Shown here: positions 30,465 to 40,480 of the stretch, in pieces
Layout: the number at the start of each line of letters is the position of its first letter
Numbering within the stretch: position 1 is the stretch's first letter
Assembly: GCA_963810095.1 (NCBI GenBank)
Contig: CAWEMM010000006.1
Coordinates: forward strand, 1,664,001 to 1,728,000
Source of the DNA: an uncultured Chloroflexia bacterium
GTDB taxonomy: Bacteria; Chloroflexota; Anaerolineae; CG2-30-64-16
Length of the DNA stretch: 64,000 nt
Reading direction: 5' to 3'
Notes under the pieces: generated by a model
What the model was told of the DNA's origin: nothing
The model's database searches: none
Seen by the model: the letters and a program-made list of their open reading frames with translations, nothing else
Translations under genes and position numbers: made by a program

Positions 30465-31564
30465 TACGCCGACGCTCCTGCTGGCGCCAACAGTCCTACC
30501 CGGACGAGCATCTCCTGCAACTGCGTTTCGACCCGCTGCCGGTCAAAGGCCGCCAGCCGCCGGCGCTGCGTCTCGACAAGCCGCTGCCTGAGTGCACGAT
30601 TCGTGACAACTTCGTGGATGAGCTCTGCCAGCGGGCCGTAGGCAAGCTCGGTGAACTGGATGCCTGCGTCGCCAAGCGTGTGCGGGATCGCAGTGGTTGC
30701 GCGGGCCACAATGGGCAGGTCGAAATACATGGCCTCGAGCAGGGGCGCGCAGAATCCTTCATGCCGGCTGGCGCACAAGAACACGTCCGATGCCTCATAA
30801 CAGGCGCGCAACTGGGAGAGGGAGATGCGACCGGTGAAGATGACCGCGTTCTCGAGACGCAGATGCTCGACCAGCCCGTCCAGGAACTTGTCATACAAGG
30901 GCAGGAAGCGCGCCCCGGCCAGGACGAGCTGTGAGTGGGGGTTGACGTGATGATGGTACGCAGCAAAAATTTTGATCAGATCTTCGAAGGCCTTATTTGG
31001 CGCGACCCTGCCGACAAACAAGAGGGTGGCGCCATCGCCGGGGCGCAGGCGCCGCGAAAGCGTCCAGTCGGGTTGCGTCCCCGCAAAGTCGCTTTCGCCG
31101 AGAAACAGCGGCAGCACGCCCGTCCGCTCCGGCGGGAAGCCGGCATCCAGCAACTCGCGGCGGTTGTATTCGGAGACGCCAAGCGCGAGGTCGCAGTCTG
31201 TCAGTTCGCCTAACATTGCCCGGCCGCGGGCACACAGCGATTGATACAGCGCGTCGTAGGGTGCGAAAAACTCGGCCGGGGTGATATTGTGATAGACGAG
31301 CACCTTCCGGCCACGCGAGCGCTGGAAGAGCCGGTAGTTATCGCAGTAGGCCGAGTAGTGATAGATCAGCAGGTCGTCGGGTGCATCGACATACTCTTCG
31401 TAGGCGACGTCGCGTTCCGCCCGCCTGCCCGGCGAGTTGGCCGTGTCCGAGCCGTATACGCGCGTCGAGAAGCCCCATCCTCTTAGCCGAGAGTCGATCT
31501 CGAAGATGTGGTTCGTGACTGCATCGCCGGCCGATAGGACAGAGCCCATCTGGTGGACGATCAA
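30464..31564 (-). CDS. Glycosyltransferase family 4 (paralog of the neighbouring gene)
   Basis: GDAVTN, YHNITP, VGRVAPNK, HEGFCAPLLEAM. Confidence 0.92.
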   Translation of the reverse strand: MIVHQMGSVLSAGDAVTNHIFEIDSRLRGWGFSTRVYGSDTANSPGRRAERDVAYEEYVDAPDDLLIYHYSAYCDNYRLFQRSRGRKVLVYHNITPAEFFAPYDALYQSLCARGRAMLGELTDCDLALGVSEYNRRELLDAGFPPERTGVLPLFLGESDFAGTQPDWTLSRRLRPGDGATLLFVGRVAPNKAFEDLIKIFAAYHHHVNPHSQLVLAGARFLPLYDKFLDGLVEHLRLENAVIFTGRISLSQLRACYEASDVFLCASRHEGFCAPLLEAMYFDLPIVARATTAIPHTLGDAGIQFTELAYGPLAELIHEVVTNRALRQRLVETQRRRLAAFDRQRVETQLQEMLVRVGLLAPAGASA

Positions 31565-32124
31565 GTTTTGGCGCTCCCGGCGTCGTTACCTGCGCTCAAC
31601 TGCTCTCGCAGAGACACAATCTCGTCTTGCTGCTCTTCGCATTGGGTTCTCAGGCTCGCCAGTTCCTCGGTCAATGCCGCGTGTACACGTCGCATCTCGC
31701 CCAGCTCCTGGACTACGAGCGAGTTGAAACCGATCTGTTGATCCAGGACGCCGCGGACGTACCACTTGGTCGACATCCAGTTCCAACCGCGGCGGATGGC
31801 GACGATAACCGGCCCGATGACCGGGGCCTGGGACGTGAACTCAGGCTCGCGAATGAACCAGCGACTCGCGAGTTCGGCGGACAGCGACGTTCCGGCCGCG
31901 CCGGGGTGCGATCCGGCGCCGGGGGCGCCGAGCACTTGCTTTCGCACGTCGTCCGCGATGGCGTCGAGGTCTTCCCGGTACGCGCCGAGGGCGCGGCGCT
32001 GCGCCACGTTCGCGCGCACCTGCTGCATCAGCGCTTCGACGTCGATTTCAGGATCGCGGATGATGATGATCTCGGTGGAGTCTTCGTCCATGGCTGCGCT
32101 GGTTTGCGGAGAGTCCACATTCAT
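31561..32124 (-). CDS. Hypothetical coiled-coil protein
   Basis: Stop overlaps the downstream GT4 start. IDVEALMQQVR, conserved W..MSTKWYV....DQQ..FN block, heptad-rich C-terminus. Confidence 0.75.
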   Translation of the reverse strand: MNVDSPQTSAAMDEDSTEIIIIRDPEIDVEALMQQVRANVAQRRALGAYREDLDAIADDVRKQVLGAPGAGSHPGAAGTSLSAELASRWFIREPEFTSQAPVIGPVIVAIRRGWNWMSTKWYVRGVLDQQIGFNSLVVQELGEMRRVHAALTEELASLRTQCEEQQDEIVSLREQLSAGNDAGSAKT

Positions 32125-32141
32125 AAACGTTCCTCAGATTT

Positions 32142-34283
32142 CTAGGGCTGCGGGCCGGGAAGCACCTCGGCAATCGTCAGGCGCCACGCGCTTTCGAGCA
32201 CCTTGGCCGGCTTATAATCGTAGGAGCCTTCCAACGATGCCAACCTGATCGTGCGTTCCTCGGCCGGCCCGAGTTCGGGAGCACCGCCGGGCCAGGGAAC
32301 GGCGCTGTCCGTGGTGATCCAGTATACCCTGTATCCCTGTGCATGCCATTGCCGCACCGCCTCGCGCAGCAGGCCGGCGTCCAGCCCCGACGGGTCGCGG
32401 GCCACGAAGACCTGTTTCCCTTCGAGAAACCGCAGCGGCGTCCCGACAAAATCGCTGACGCCGACCGGCGCGGTATCGCCGAAGAGCACCACGCTTTTCT
32501 CCCCGAGCGACCGGCTTAGCGCCGCGACCTGCTCCGACAGTCCCACATCGTCGACCTGGGTTAGAAAGGGTTGGCCGCTGGCAAATATACCGAGTATCCA
32601 GGTGAGTGTCAACACGACGGCCGGAATGCGCCCGCGGGTGCCAAAGCGGCCCCACAGCCAGCACAGGAGATAGACCGCACCGATCGTGAGGAATGGCAGC
32701 ACGACCGGGACATAGCGCCGCATGGCGTAGACCTGGTGGGGGTTCGCGCCGATGCGCCATAGAAACACGAGCGTGAAGAAGCCGCCGGCCAGCAGCAGGA
32801 ACGCCGTCCGGCGATTGAACTCGCGGACGAGCATGAGCGCGATGCCGCCCACGGCCAGCGCCAGCCCAAGGGGGGATAAGTACCATCCCAGGCGGACGAA
32901 GTTTAGCTGGTCAAGCGCGGGCAGCTGACCGCCGCCATACCAGTAGTTGCTCAGCCGTGTTGCCGACACGGCCGGACGGACGAAATAGGCATACAGCGCG
33001 AGAAGGATGACTGCCACGGCGGCGGCGCGCAGGACGATCCGCAGGATCGACGCGGTCTTTGCCTCCGTCCCGGTGCGCCAGTTTGGCCGTAACCTGACCC
33101 ACAAGGCGACCCCGGCCGCCAGCAGCCCAAACGCAAAGACGGCGGGCACAGCGGTTCGCAGCAGCGTGTTCGTTCCCACCCGTGTGATCAGGGTGAAGTA
33201 GGGCCGCGTTACGAACCACCCATGCAGGGCCGAGTGCAAGGCCAGCAAGAGCAGCGGCACGAAGAACCAAGCCGCATCGCGGCGCCAGGAGCGGGTGAAG
33301 GTGAACCACCCTGCGAGGATCACGGGCAGCGCCAGCAGCACGTAGGTATCGATGCGGGCCAGGAACACTTGCCCGAATGCGACGCCGGCCAGCGTGGCCC
33401 ACAGCGCAGGCGGATCGCGGCGGTCCAGCCACTGAATCAGCGCCCACGTCCCGGTCCAGAACAGGTATTGGGTCAGGGCCTCGGCGGTGGGGTAGCGCGC
33501 GAACCAGACCTGGAGGGCCGTTACCGACAGGACGATGAGCGCCAGCAGCGCGGGCCGCCAACCCCAGAGGCTGCGCACCGTCATGTAAACGGCCAGGCAC
33601 GCCAACAAGCCCCACAGCGGCGTAATCCACAACTCCGCGCGTAAGCCGCCTAACGCGTATCCAACCGCTTGCCAGGCAGGATGCAGGTGAAAAAACTGCG
33701 GGGTGACCAGGCCGGCCGGGCTGCCCGTCACGTAGAAACCGGGCAGCAGGTAGTGGGGCGCGGCCTCACGCGGCGGCATGGCGCGCAGCAGGGCCGGGCG
33801 CAGCTGTGGATCGAGTTCGGCCAGCAGCGGGTCGTGGATCAAAATGCTGCCGGTATTTGCGATGTTGGCGCCCAGGCTGACATAGACGCCCGCATCCGCC
33901 CCGCCCAGGATAAACTCGTGGGGTCTGAAGTAGAGTATGGATGCGCCAATGGCCCAAGCAACCAGGGCCGCGATTTCCCAGCGGTTCCACTTGGGTGCGG
34001 GCCCGGGCGCCGGCGCCCCACGTTTGCGCCGCCAGAGCCAGGCCGCGGCCAGCGCGCCCGTTGCGATCGCCCATGCAGCGCCAAGCGCGCCGAGTGAGAA
34101 CGCGCCGAACTCGGCGAGCACGAGCGCCAGCCAGCCGATCAGCAGCAGGCCCAGGCTAAGGCCGGCGAAGCCAAATTCGACCGGGTCGTTCGCCAGGCGT
34201 TTGCGCCAGAGGCCGAGGGCGAACGCGCCAGGGATGAAGGCGGCAAGCAGGATGATGAGGAGCGCAGCGGGCCGAAGCATCAT
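32142..34283 (-). CDS. Polytopic GT-C fold (ArnT/PMT-like) membrane glycosyltransferase
   Basis: More than 12 TM segments, GGADAGVY loop, PQFFHLHP, WFARYPTAE, RID, RRYVPV. Confidence 0.7.
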   Translation of the reverse strand: MMLRPAALLIILLAAFIPGAFALGLWRKRLANDPVEFGFAGLSLGLLLIGWLALVLAEFGAFSLGALGAAWAIATGALAAAWLWRRKRGAPAPGPAPKWNRWEIAALVAWAIGASILYFRPHEFILGGADAGVYVSLGANIANTGSILIHDPLLAELDPQLRPALLRAMPPREAAPHYLLPGFYVTGSPAGLVTPQFFHLHPAWQAVGYALGGLRAELWITPLWGLLACLAVYMTVRSLWGWRPALLALIVLSVTALQVWFARYPTAEALTQYLFWTGTWALIQWLDRRDPPALWATLAGVAFGQVFLARIDTYVLLALPVILAGWFTFTRSWRRDAAWFFVPLLLLALHSALHGWFVTRPYFTLITRVGTNTLLRTAVPAVFAFGLLAAGVALWVRLRPNWRTGTEAKTASILRIVLRAAAVAVILLALYAYFVRPAVSATRLSNYWYGGGQLPALDQLNFVRLGWYLSPLGLALAVGGIALMLVREFNRRTAFLLLAGGFFTLVFLWRIGANPHQVYAMRRYVPVVLPFLTIGAVYLLCWLWGRFGTRGRIPAVVLTLTWILGIFASGQPFLTQVDDVGLSEQVAALSRSLGEKSVVLFGDTAPVGVSDFVGTPLRFLEGKQVFVARDPSGLDAGLLREAVRQWHAQGYRVYWITTDSAVPWPGGAPELGPAEERTIRLASLEGSYDYKPAKVLESAWRLTIAEVLPGPQP

Positions 34284-35496
34284 GCTTTGCGCACACTCCG
34301 GCGCGCAAGAACCTCTTCGACGAAGGCGAGATAGGCCGAGGCCGCTTGCGCCGGAGAGTGCTGCCGGCGGGCGTAGGCCTGCCCCTGCTGGCCCAGCGTA
34401 GCCCGAAGCGCAGGATCGTCTGCGAGGCGTTGCATGGCCGACACGAGCGCGGCCTGGTCCAGCGGAGGCAGTTTGAGGCAGACGTTGTCGGGAAGTTCGC
34501 CGTACCAGCCGTGATCATAGACGACCAGGGCCCGGCCCGCGGCGAGCGCCCGCAGCGCGACCGCCGACGTTTCGCCCACCGTCGGGTGGCGGAGGTTGAC
34601 GACGACATCGACTGCTGCCAGCATTCCAAGGAAGTCATCCAGGCTGCCGGCGTACCCTGTATAGGTCACCGCGTCGTCCAGGCCCAGCCGCCGGACCAGC
34701 GCTGGCACGTCCACGTCCTGCGGATGCCATTCACCCACGATCAGGTAATGGCACTGGGGGTTGGTCTGTCGCACGGCGCGCAGGGCGAGCAGCGCGGGCT
34801 CGAGCTGCTTGGTGTGCGACACGACGCCGAAGCTGCCGAACAGGCAGCCGCCTTGGGGGAGGCCCAGTTGGGAGCGCAGCGGCTCGGAGTATGTAGGGCC
34901 CCCGGGTGCAAGGTCGACCGGCGCATGGACGACAGCCACATGCTGCCAGGGATCGTGCCTTTGAACGAGCCGGGCCACGTGCGCGCTGTGAACGATGACA
35001 CCTAAGGCGGTGTCGACGAAGCGGTCGTTGAGGGAGACTTCGAAGTGCGGCAGGGGCCGGCGTCCCTCCAGTGCATCGCTCGCCCATTTAACGCCGTCGG
35101 GTCCGAGTGCGTAGGCCATTTCGCGGCTGTACCGCGATGGGTTGCCCGCGGCAATGGTCTGGCCCGCCCACAGCTGGTGCAATCCGTAGTCGTGCAGCAC
35201 CATGATGCCGGGATAACGCAGGAGGTTGGCGGCAATCGAAGCATGCACGACGTTGTTGCCCATTTGATAGATGGCCGCATCGTACTCCCAACGCTGCGCC
35301 GCGTAGTCGGCGGGCGGGAAAATCTTGACGCCGGCGAGGTAAGCGTCCCGGCTCCCCTCCGTGAGCGGGTTGTATTCGTCGGAGAACACGGCGAGGTCGG
35401 CAAGCTGCGCGAGGTGCGGGATCAACTCGCGGCTGTAATCAGCGATGCCGGTCGCGCGGGGGGGAGGGGGCTGAAGTAGGCGAGGCGTCGCTTCAT
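34280..35496 (-). CDS. Glycosyltransferase family 4 (frameshift in the G-run near 35460)
   Basis: MKRRLAYFSPLPP joined to TGIADYS, YQMGNN..H, VLHD, LRHPTVGETSA. Confidence 0.9.
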
Positions 35497-35960
35497 GCGG
35501 CCGGTTCGTCCGTCTGCCCGAGCGGGTGCTCGTCGTGGCGCGCCAGCTGGGTGGCGAATACGGCGAGCTCGCCCAAGTCGTGGCGCAGCTCCGCCTGTTC
35601 GTGGTCCTGCTCCACCAGCCAGGTTTGCAGGCGGGCGGTTTGGGCCTGGAGCCCACGCTGATCGTCCGAGATGGCGCGCGCCAGCTCGGCCACCGTGCCC
35701 TGCAACTGCGCCAACTGAGCGGCCTGCTCCTCGGCCCTCACCAGCAAGCCCGCGAGCTGTTCGACCGCCAGTTGATTGAACGCCGACTGCTGGTCGGCCA
35801 TGGGTGAAACGTACCAGCGGGTGGAAATATTGTTCCACTCGCGGCGAAAGGCCGCAATCAAGCCGCCAATCAGCGGAACGGTCGAGCTGAACCGGTGCTC
35901 TGGCAGCTGCGCCAGCTCGCGCAGGGGGGTCAATGCGTCGCGGGTGCGTTCGTCAGCCAC
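35493..35960 (-). CDS. Hypothetical coiled-coil protein (shares a motif with 31561..32124)
   Basis: Overlaps both neighbours. WNNISTRWYV....DQQSAFN followed by a long Q/E/L-rich heptad region. Confidence 0.75.
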   Translation of the reverse strand: MADERTRDALTPLRELAQLPEHRFSSTVPLIGGLIAAFRREWNNISTRWYVSPMADQQSAFNQLAVEQLAGLLVRAEEQAAQLAQLQGTVAELARAISDDQRGLQAQTARLQTWLVEQDHEQAELRHDLGELAVFATQLARHDEHPLGQTDEPAA

Positions 35961-37242
35961 GGTTGGCGGGCTCCGCCGGACGGTGTTGCCACTGGCACGG
36001 GATGTACACGAGACCGTCCTGACGCTCTTGCGGGCCCGGCACGACCGTGAACGTGGTCATGCGATGCCAGTGGTCGTACGGATGCGAGACGTGGTTGTCA
36101 TAGATCGCGACTGTAACGTCGTATCTGCCGCTGAGCAGAGGGAGCTTTTCGACGACATACTCGATCGTGCCGCGGCCGTGGATCGTGGGGGGCGCAGCCT
36201 TGCTCCATACCGTATTCGGACCATTGATGCGGTTGCCCCATTCCTCGTAAATGGAAACGCCGAACGCCGGCGACACGACGGGGTGAGGCGCGTGGTAGGA
36301 GATCCGGACCATGAACTTGTCGCCGCTGGTGAAAACCGAAGCCGGCCGGCCCTCCGCATTCAGCAGCTCGGCGCGCTCAATGCGGACTTCGCCCGAGCCC
36401 CACCGTCCGGTCTGTTTCTTGGCTGCAAGCTCTTCCTCCGACGAAGGTTCTTCGTCGCCGTCTCCACTCGGCATGCGGAGGAAGCCATCGCGTTCGGCCT
36501 GTTGCTCCCACAGGCTTGACAGGTACGCGGCGCCCACAGCATCGCTCAATCCATCCGCACAGACGCGGCCGTCGTCGATCCAGATCGACCGAGGGCACAG
36601 CCGCTGGATAGAGCCCAGATCGTGCGAAACGACGACGATCGTGGCGCCCTCGCGCCCGATCTCATGGATGCGGCGGATACAGCGGTCCTGGAAGGCCTGG
36701 TCGCCAACGGCCAGCACCTCGTCGATCAGCAGGATCTCGGGTTGAAATGCCGTCGCCACGGCAAAGCCGAGCCGCATGAGCATGCCAGAAGAGTAATTGC
36801 GCACCGGCACGTCGATGAAGCGTTCGAGTTCTGAAAAGGCAACGATCTCGCCCACCCGGCTGCGTATGTCCGCGCGGCGCAGGCCCAGGATGGACCCGTT
36901 CAAGTCGATATTCTCGCGGCCGGTCAGATCGGGGTGGAAGCCTGCACCAAGCTCGAGCAGGGCGGCAACGCGCCCTTGCACCGTTATCACGCCCGCGTTC
37001 GGATGGATGATGCGGGAGATGAGCTTGAGGACAGTGCTTTTGCCCGAGCCGTTCGACCCGATGATGCCCACGGCAGCGCCCGGCTCGATCTTAAAGCTGA
37101 CGTCCCTGAGCGCCCAGAAGATTTCGGCCTCGCGGGCGGCGCTGCGCGAGCGGCTGAACGTGTGCACCAGTTTCTCCTGAAACGACTGGGCGCGTTCTTC
37201 GTCGATGATGAATTTTTTGGAAACGCCTTCGAATGCGATCAT
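35953..37242 (-). CDS. wzt: Polysaccharide ABC transporter ATP-binding protein with C-terminal Wzt-C domain
   Basis: FWALRDVSF, GSNGSGKST, LELGAGFHPDLTGREN, YSSGM, IDEVLAVGD; C-terminal Ig-like domain LPLLSGRY. Confidence 0.95.
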   Translation of the reverse strand: MIAFEGVSKKFIIDEERAQSFQEKLVHTFSRSRSAAREAEIFWALRDVSFKIEPGAAVGIIGSNGSGKSTVLKLISRIIHPNAGVITVQGRVAALLELGAGFHPDLTGRENIDLNGSILGLRRADIRSRVGEIVAFSELERFIDVPVRNYSSGMLMRLGFAVATAFQPEILLIDEVLAVGDQAFQDRCIRRIHEIGREGATIVVVSHDLGSIQRLCPRSIWIDDGRVCADGLSDAVGAAYLSSLWEQQAERDGFLRMPSGDGDEEPSSEEELAAKKQTGRWGSGEVRIERAELLNAEGRPASVFTSGDKFMVRISYHAPHPVVSPAFGVSIYEEWGNRINGPNTVWSKAAPPTIHGRGTIEYVVEKLPLLSGRYDVTVAIYDNHVSHPYDHWHRMTTFTVVPGPQERQDGLVYIPCQWQHRPAEPANRG

Positions 37243-38831
37243 GGTTTCACTTTGCGTCGGTAGATGGCGACCGATCGATTGGCGTCGCGCACCAGTTCTG
37301 CCAGTTCAAAATCTTCGGCCACCGAAGCCCGGATACGGTCGATTTCGTCGGGCTTGAGTCGTAAGAACGTTGCCTCATCCCACACCACTACGCTGGCCTG
37401 ATCGACCAGCGCAGTGACGCGCGAGAACGGCTGAGTATATAGCATCGCGTAGGGCCGGTCCGCATAGTATGCAACGACCGTAGCTTGATGCACGACTGTT
37501 ACTAGCTCGCCTGGCGCGGTCGTCGCTGCTACCTGTCTTCCTGCCTGCGCGAGGCTGCCGTAGAACTGTTCATTTGCGAGTCGCTCCGCATACACCGGCG
37601 CCACCCAAGGCATGGCGAGGCCCGGCATACGCGGCAGCAGCGGCGGTCGGACCACGCCGGCGAACGCGAACACGACGACGAAGGCCGCCACCGCGGCCGC
37701 AGACCCGACGGCGCGGCCGGAACTGCGGCTCGCATTCCAGATACGGACCAGCATGTGGGCGGCGATGAGGGCCGCAGCGGGCAAGACTCCGATCAGGTGG
37801 CGCGGCTCCTTCAAGCTGGTCAGGAAGGACAGCCCGACGGCGACCAACATGTAGGCCCACAACAATCGCAGGCCGCGCGGAGTGCGATTCCGCTCGAGCA
37901 CGAGACCGCCGAGCCCCAGGAGCAACCCAGCAACCAGTCCCGGGCTGAGGAGCTGTGCGCCGACCTGGCCGGCCCAGACCCGCCACGAGAGGCCTACCCG
38001 GGGTTCGGATGCAACGGGCGAGACCGCCGAGTCAATCCAACGTTTCATTGTAGCGGCAAAAACGGTTGGTGACAATTTCCATGACAGCGCGGCCCACGCT
38101 CCCAGGGCCAGCAGCGCCGGCGCCCCCACAAGCACCGCACCCGACAACGCGCGCCGGGGAGTCCTGCGCCTCTCCCATGCGACGAAAGCCGCGGCGACGC
38201 CGGCAGCGGCGAGCGCGAACTCCTTGAAGAGAACGGCCAGCGCAAACGCGAGGCCTGCCAGCAACAGGCGCCACCCGCTGTCCGTTTCCAATCCCACCAC
38301 AACCAGGTAAAGTCCGGCAAGTATGGCCAGCAGCATGAACATTTCCATGCGAACGAAGAACGCATAGACCAGGAAGAAGGGGGAAATCCCAAGCAGCAGA
38401 GCTGCGAGCAAGCCGACCGGCCGGCCGCCCAGGCGCAACCCGAAACGGTAGGTGAGGGCGAGTGCTGCGAGTGCTGCGAGCACCGTGACTGAGCGGGCGA
38501 AAAAAATCCCACCCGCTGTGGGACTTGCGAAGAGGCTCAACAAGTACAGGTAGAGCGGCGTATGATCCAGGAAGACGGCTCCTGCGCCGATCGAGCGCAG
38601 CGGAACGCCTACCCTTTGAATGCTGCGCGCGACGTCGAGGAAAATCGCCTCGTCATATTCGGCCGTGCGGACAGTGGCCATGAGCGGGAGGAGCAGAAGC
38701 AGACTGGTGGCGGCCACAGCAGCCACAGAGGCCGCATGAGAGGAGCCGAGGCCGCGCAGCTTGGTCCCGACGCCGGTCAGCTTGCCTGCACCTGGTGAAT
38801 CCCGTACAATGCAGTTATGGTTCTGCTCCAA
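37239..38831 (-). CDS. ArnT/PMT-like (GT39-type) membrane glycosyltransferase; start uncertain
   Basis: YDEAIF, DHTPLY, multiple TM segments, LFKE, KEPRHL. Confidence 0.8.
   Translation of the reverse strand: MEQNHNCIVRDSPGAGKLTGVGTKLRGLGSSHAASVAAVAATSLLLLLPLMATVRTAEYDEAIFLDVARSIQRVGVPLRSIGAGAVFLDHTPLYLYLLSLFASPTAGGIFFARSVTVLAALAALALTYRFGLRLGGRPVGLLAALLLGISPFFLVYAFFVRMEMFMLLAILAGLYLVVVGLETDSGWRLLLAGLAFALAVLFKEFALAAAGVAAAFVAWERRRTPRRALSGAVLVGAPALLALGAWAALSWKLSPTVFAATMKRWIDSAVSPVASEPRVGLSWRVWAGQVGAQLLSPGLVAGLLLGLGGLVLERNRTPRGLRLLWAYMLVAVGLSFLTSLKEPRHLIGVLPAAALIAAHMLVRIWNASRSSGRAVGSAAAVAAFVVVFAFAGVVRPPLLPRMPGLAMPWVAPVYAERLANEQFYGSLAQAGRQVAATTAPGELVTVVHQATVVAYYADRPYAMLYTQPFSRVTALVDQASVVVWDEATFLRLKPDEIDRIRASVAEDFELAELVRDANRSVAIYRRKVKP
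38782..38810 (+). promoter_or_regulatory. Sigma70-type promoter for the plus-strand GT-C gene
   Basis: TTGCCT-17 nt-TACAAT, 35 nt before ATG 38846. Confidence 0.45.
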
Positions 38832-38845
38832 AGGTGCACCGTCCT

Positions 38846-40480
38846 ATGCCTCCAGCCTCCAACCGCCGCACTCGCGTCCTCTTGTGGGCCCTGCTGTCCG
38901 TCGGTCTGCTTCTGTTCCTGCTTGCCTTTGCGGTCCAGGTGCGACGAAATCCGCTGCGAGGCGACGAAGTCGATTTCTTTCAGTGCATGCGCAACGTGGT
39001 TGCGCTGGGACGGCCGCTGTACTACGCCGGCGAGGTCGACATCGCTCCGGCTTCTGTGCTTTCGCTTGGCTCGGAGTCTCTGGCAGGCCAACTCTTTCAA
39101 TTCTATCGCTTTAAGCCCGCAACCAGGATTCTGAAAGAAACCTTCTTCGCAATCACGGCCGGCAATAGCCGGTATACATATTGTCTCTGGCACCCACCGC
39201 TCTACATCTATCTTGGCGCCGGTTTATTGAAGCTATTCGATCCCCCGACCGCGCAGGCGAACTTGTTCCGCTTCACGCACCTGGTATACGTGGCGCTGAT
39301 GTTCGCCGGGATGGCGGCGCTGATGCGCGAGCTCTACCGGCCCGTGTGGCTTCTCGGGTTGGCGCTCGCCGCGCTCTTCCTGGCCTGCTGCAATCTCGCC
39401 GTCTCGGCCAGTGTACTCATCGACTACAGCGGCGCTCTCGCCATGTGCGTTGTCGTCTGGTTGACATACGCTTGCGTGCGGACGGACCGCGAGCCGCGCT
39501 TTGCGCTGCCGGCCGCAGGCACCTTGGCGCTCGCCTTTGCAGTCGGGCTCGGCGTGGGCGCGGCGTGCGCGTTGGGGCTGCTGCTGTGGGGGCTGTTGCT
39601 CCGTCGAGATGCATTCATGCGCTACGCACTAGTCGTGCTCGGCGGCGCGGCATTGTTCCTCGTTGGGTGGTGGCTCCTTGCGCGAGTTGCAGGGCTCCCG
39701 TTCACCCAGCCCTTCCTCCACAATTTCCAGCGTGCCGCGCTCGGCGCGCCCTTGGCATCCCGGCTTGCGGCCGTTATCCACTACACGACCTGGTACGTAA
39801 AACAGATCGGCCCGGCGGCGGTCGGGCTAGCTCTGCTGCTGTCCGGGTGGCGGGTGCTCCGGTTGAGCAGCACCCACGTTCGCGTTTTGGCTACCGCAGA
39901 CTCGCCGGCGCGTGACGTGCGTATCCTTCTGTTGCCAGCACTGGTCGGCGTGGCCTTGCTCTCCCAGGCGGCGCTGAGCGCCGACGCCTACGGATTCCCC
40001 AAGTATGTCGCCTATGCGCTGCCCCTGCTGTTCGTGTTCATCGGCGGCGAGCTAGCCTTGCTGGCACAGTCCCGGCCTGCCCATTGGCTGGCGGCAGGGG
40101 TGACGCTGGCCCTCATCGGGACCCTGATCTGGCAGACCGCGGAGACGCTCGGGAAGCCCGGGGGAACGCTATATATGGCCGGCGAACAAGGCTTCCTTGC
40201 CGCAGCAAACCTGGTGACCGCCCATTCGACGCCCGACGAGGCCTTCCTTGGCAGCAAGGACGTGGGCTTCTACGCCGGCCGGAAGTTCGTCCAATGGTCG
40301 GGCAACCTCCTCAGCAACTTCCCGCTGCTTCAGGAACGGGTCGAGGCCGAAGGGGTGCACCTGGTTGCCGCAAGCCAACAGCAGCTCGACGCCTTGAGCC
40401 CGGAAGTCGCTGAGTGGCTGAACCAGCACGCCACCCTCCTAACTTCTTCTGGCGACTATGCCGTCTATCGCCTCCGCTAA
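38846..40480 (+). CDS. Polytopic membrane protein, probable GT-C glycosyltransferase
   Basis: RGDEVDF loop after TM1, WHPPLY, about 11 TM segments, C-terminal YAVYRLR. Confidence 0.65.
   Translation: MPPASNRRTRVLLWALLSVGLLLFLLAFAVQVRRNPLRGDEVDFFQCMRNVVALGRPLYYAGEVDIAPASVLSLGSESLAGQLFQFYRFKPATRILKETFFAITAGNSRYTYCLWHPPLYIYLGAGLLKLFDPPTAQANLFRFTHLVYVALMFAGMAALMRELYRPVWLLGLALAALFLACCNLAVSASVLIDYSGALAMCVVVWLTYACVRTDREPRFALPAAGTLALAFAVGLGVGAACALGLLLWGLLLRRDAFMRYALVVLGGAALFLVGWWLLARVAGLPFTQPFLHNFQRAALGAPLASRLAAVIHYTTWYVKQIGPAAVGLALLLSGWRVLRLSSTHVRVLATADSPARDVRILLLPALVGVALLSQAALSADAYGFPKYVAYALPLLFVFIGGELALLAQSRPAHWLAAGVTLALIGTLIWQTAETLGKPGGTLYMAGEQGFLAAANLVTAHSTPDEAFLGSKDVGFYAGRKFVQWSGNLLSNFPLLQERVEAEGVHLVAASQQQLDALSPEVAEWLNQHATLLTSSGDYAVYRLR

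Noticed and set aside
35456-35470. Phase-variable poly-G tract in the GT4 5' end
   Set aside because: The run is short and encodes the conserved SPLPP motif. Homopolymer error is likelier given the error background, though reads could test it.
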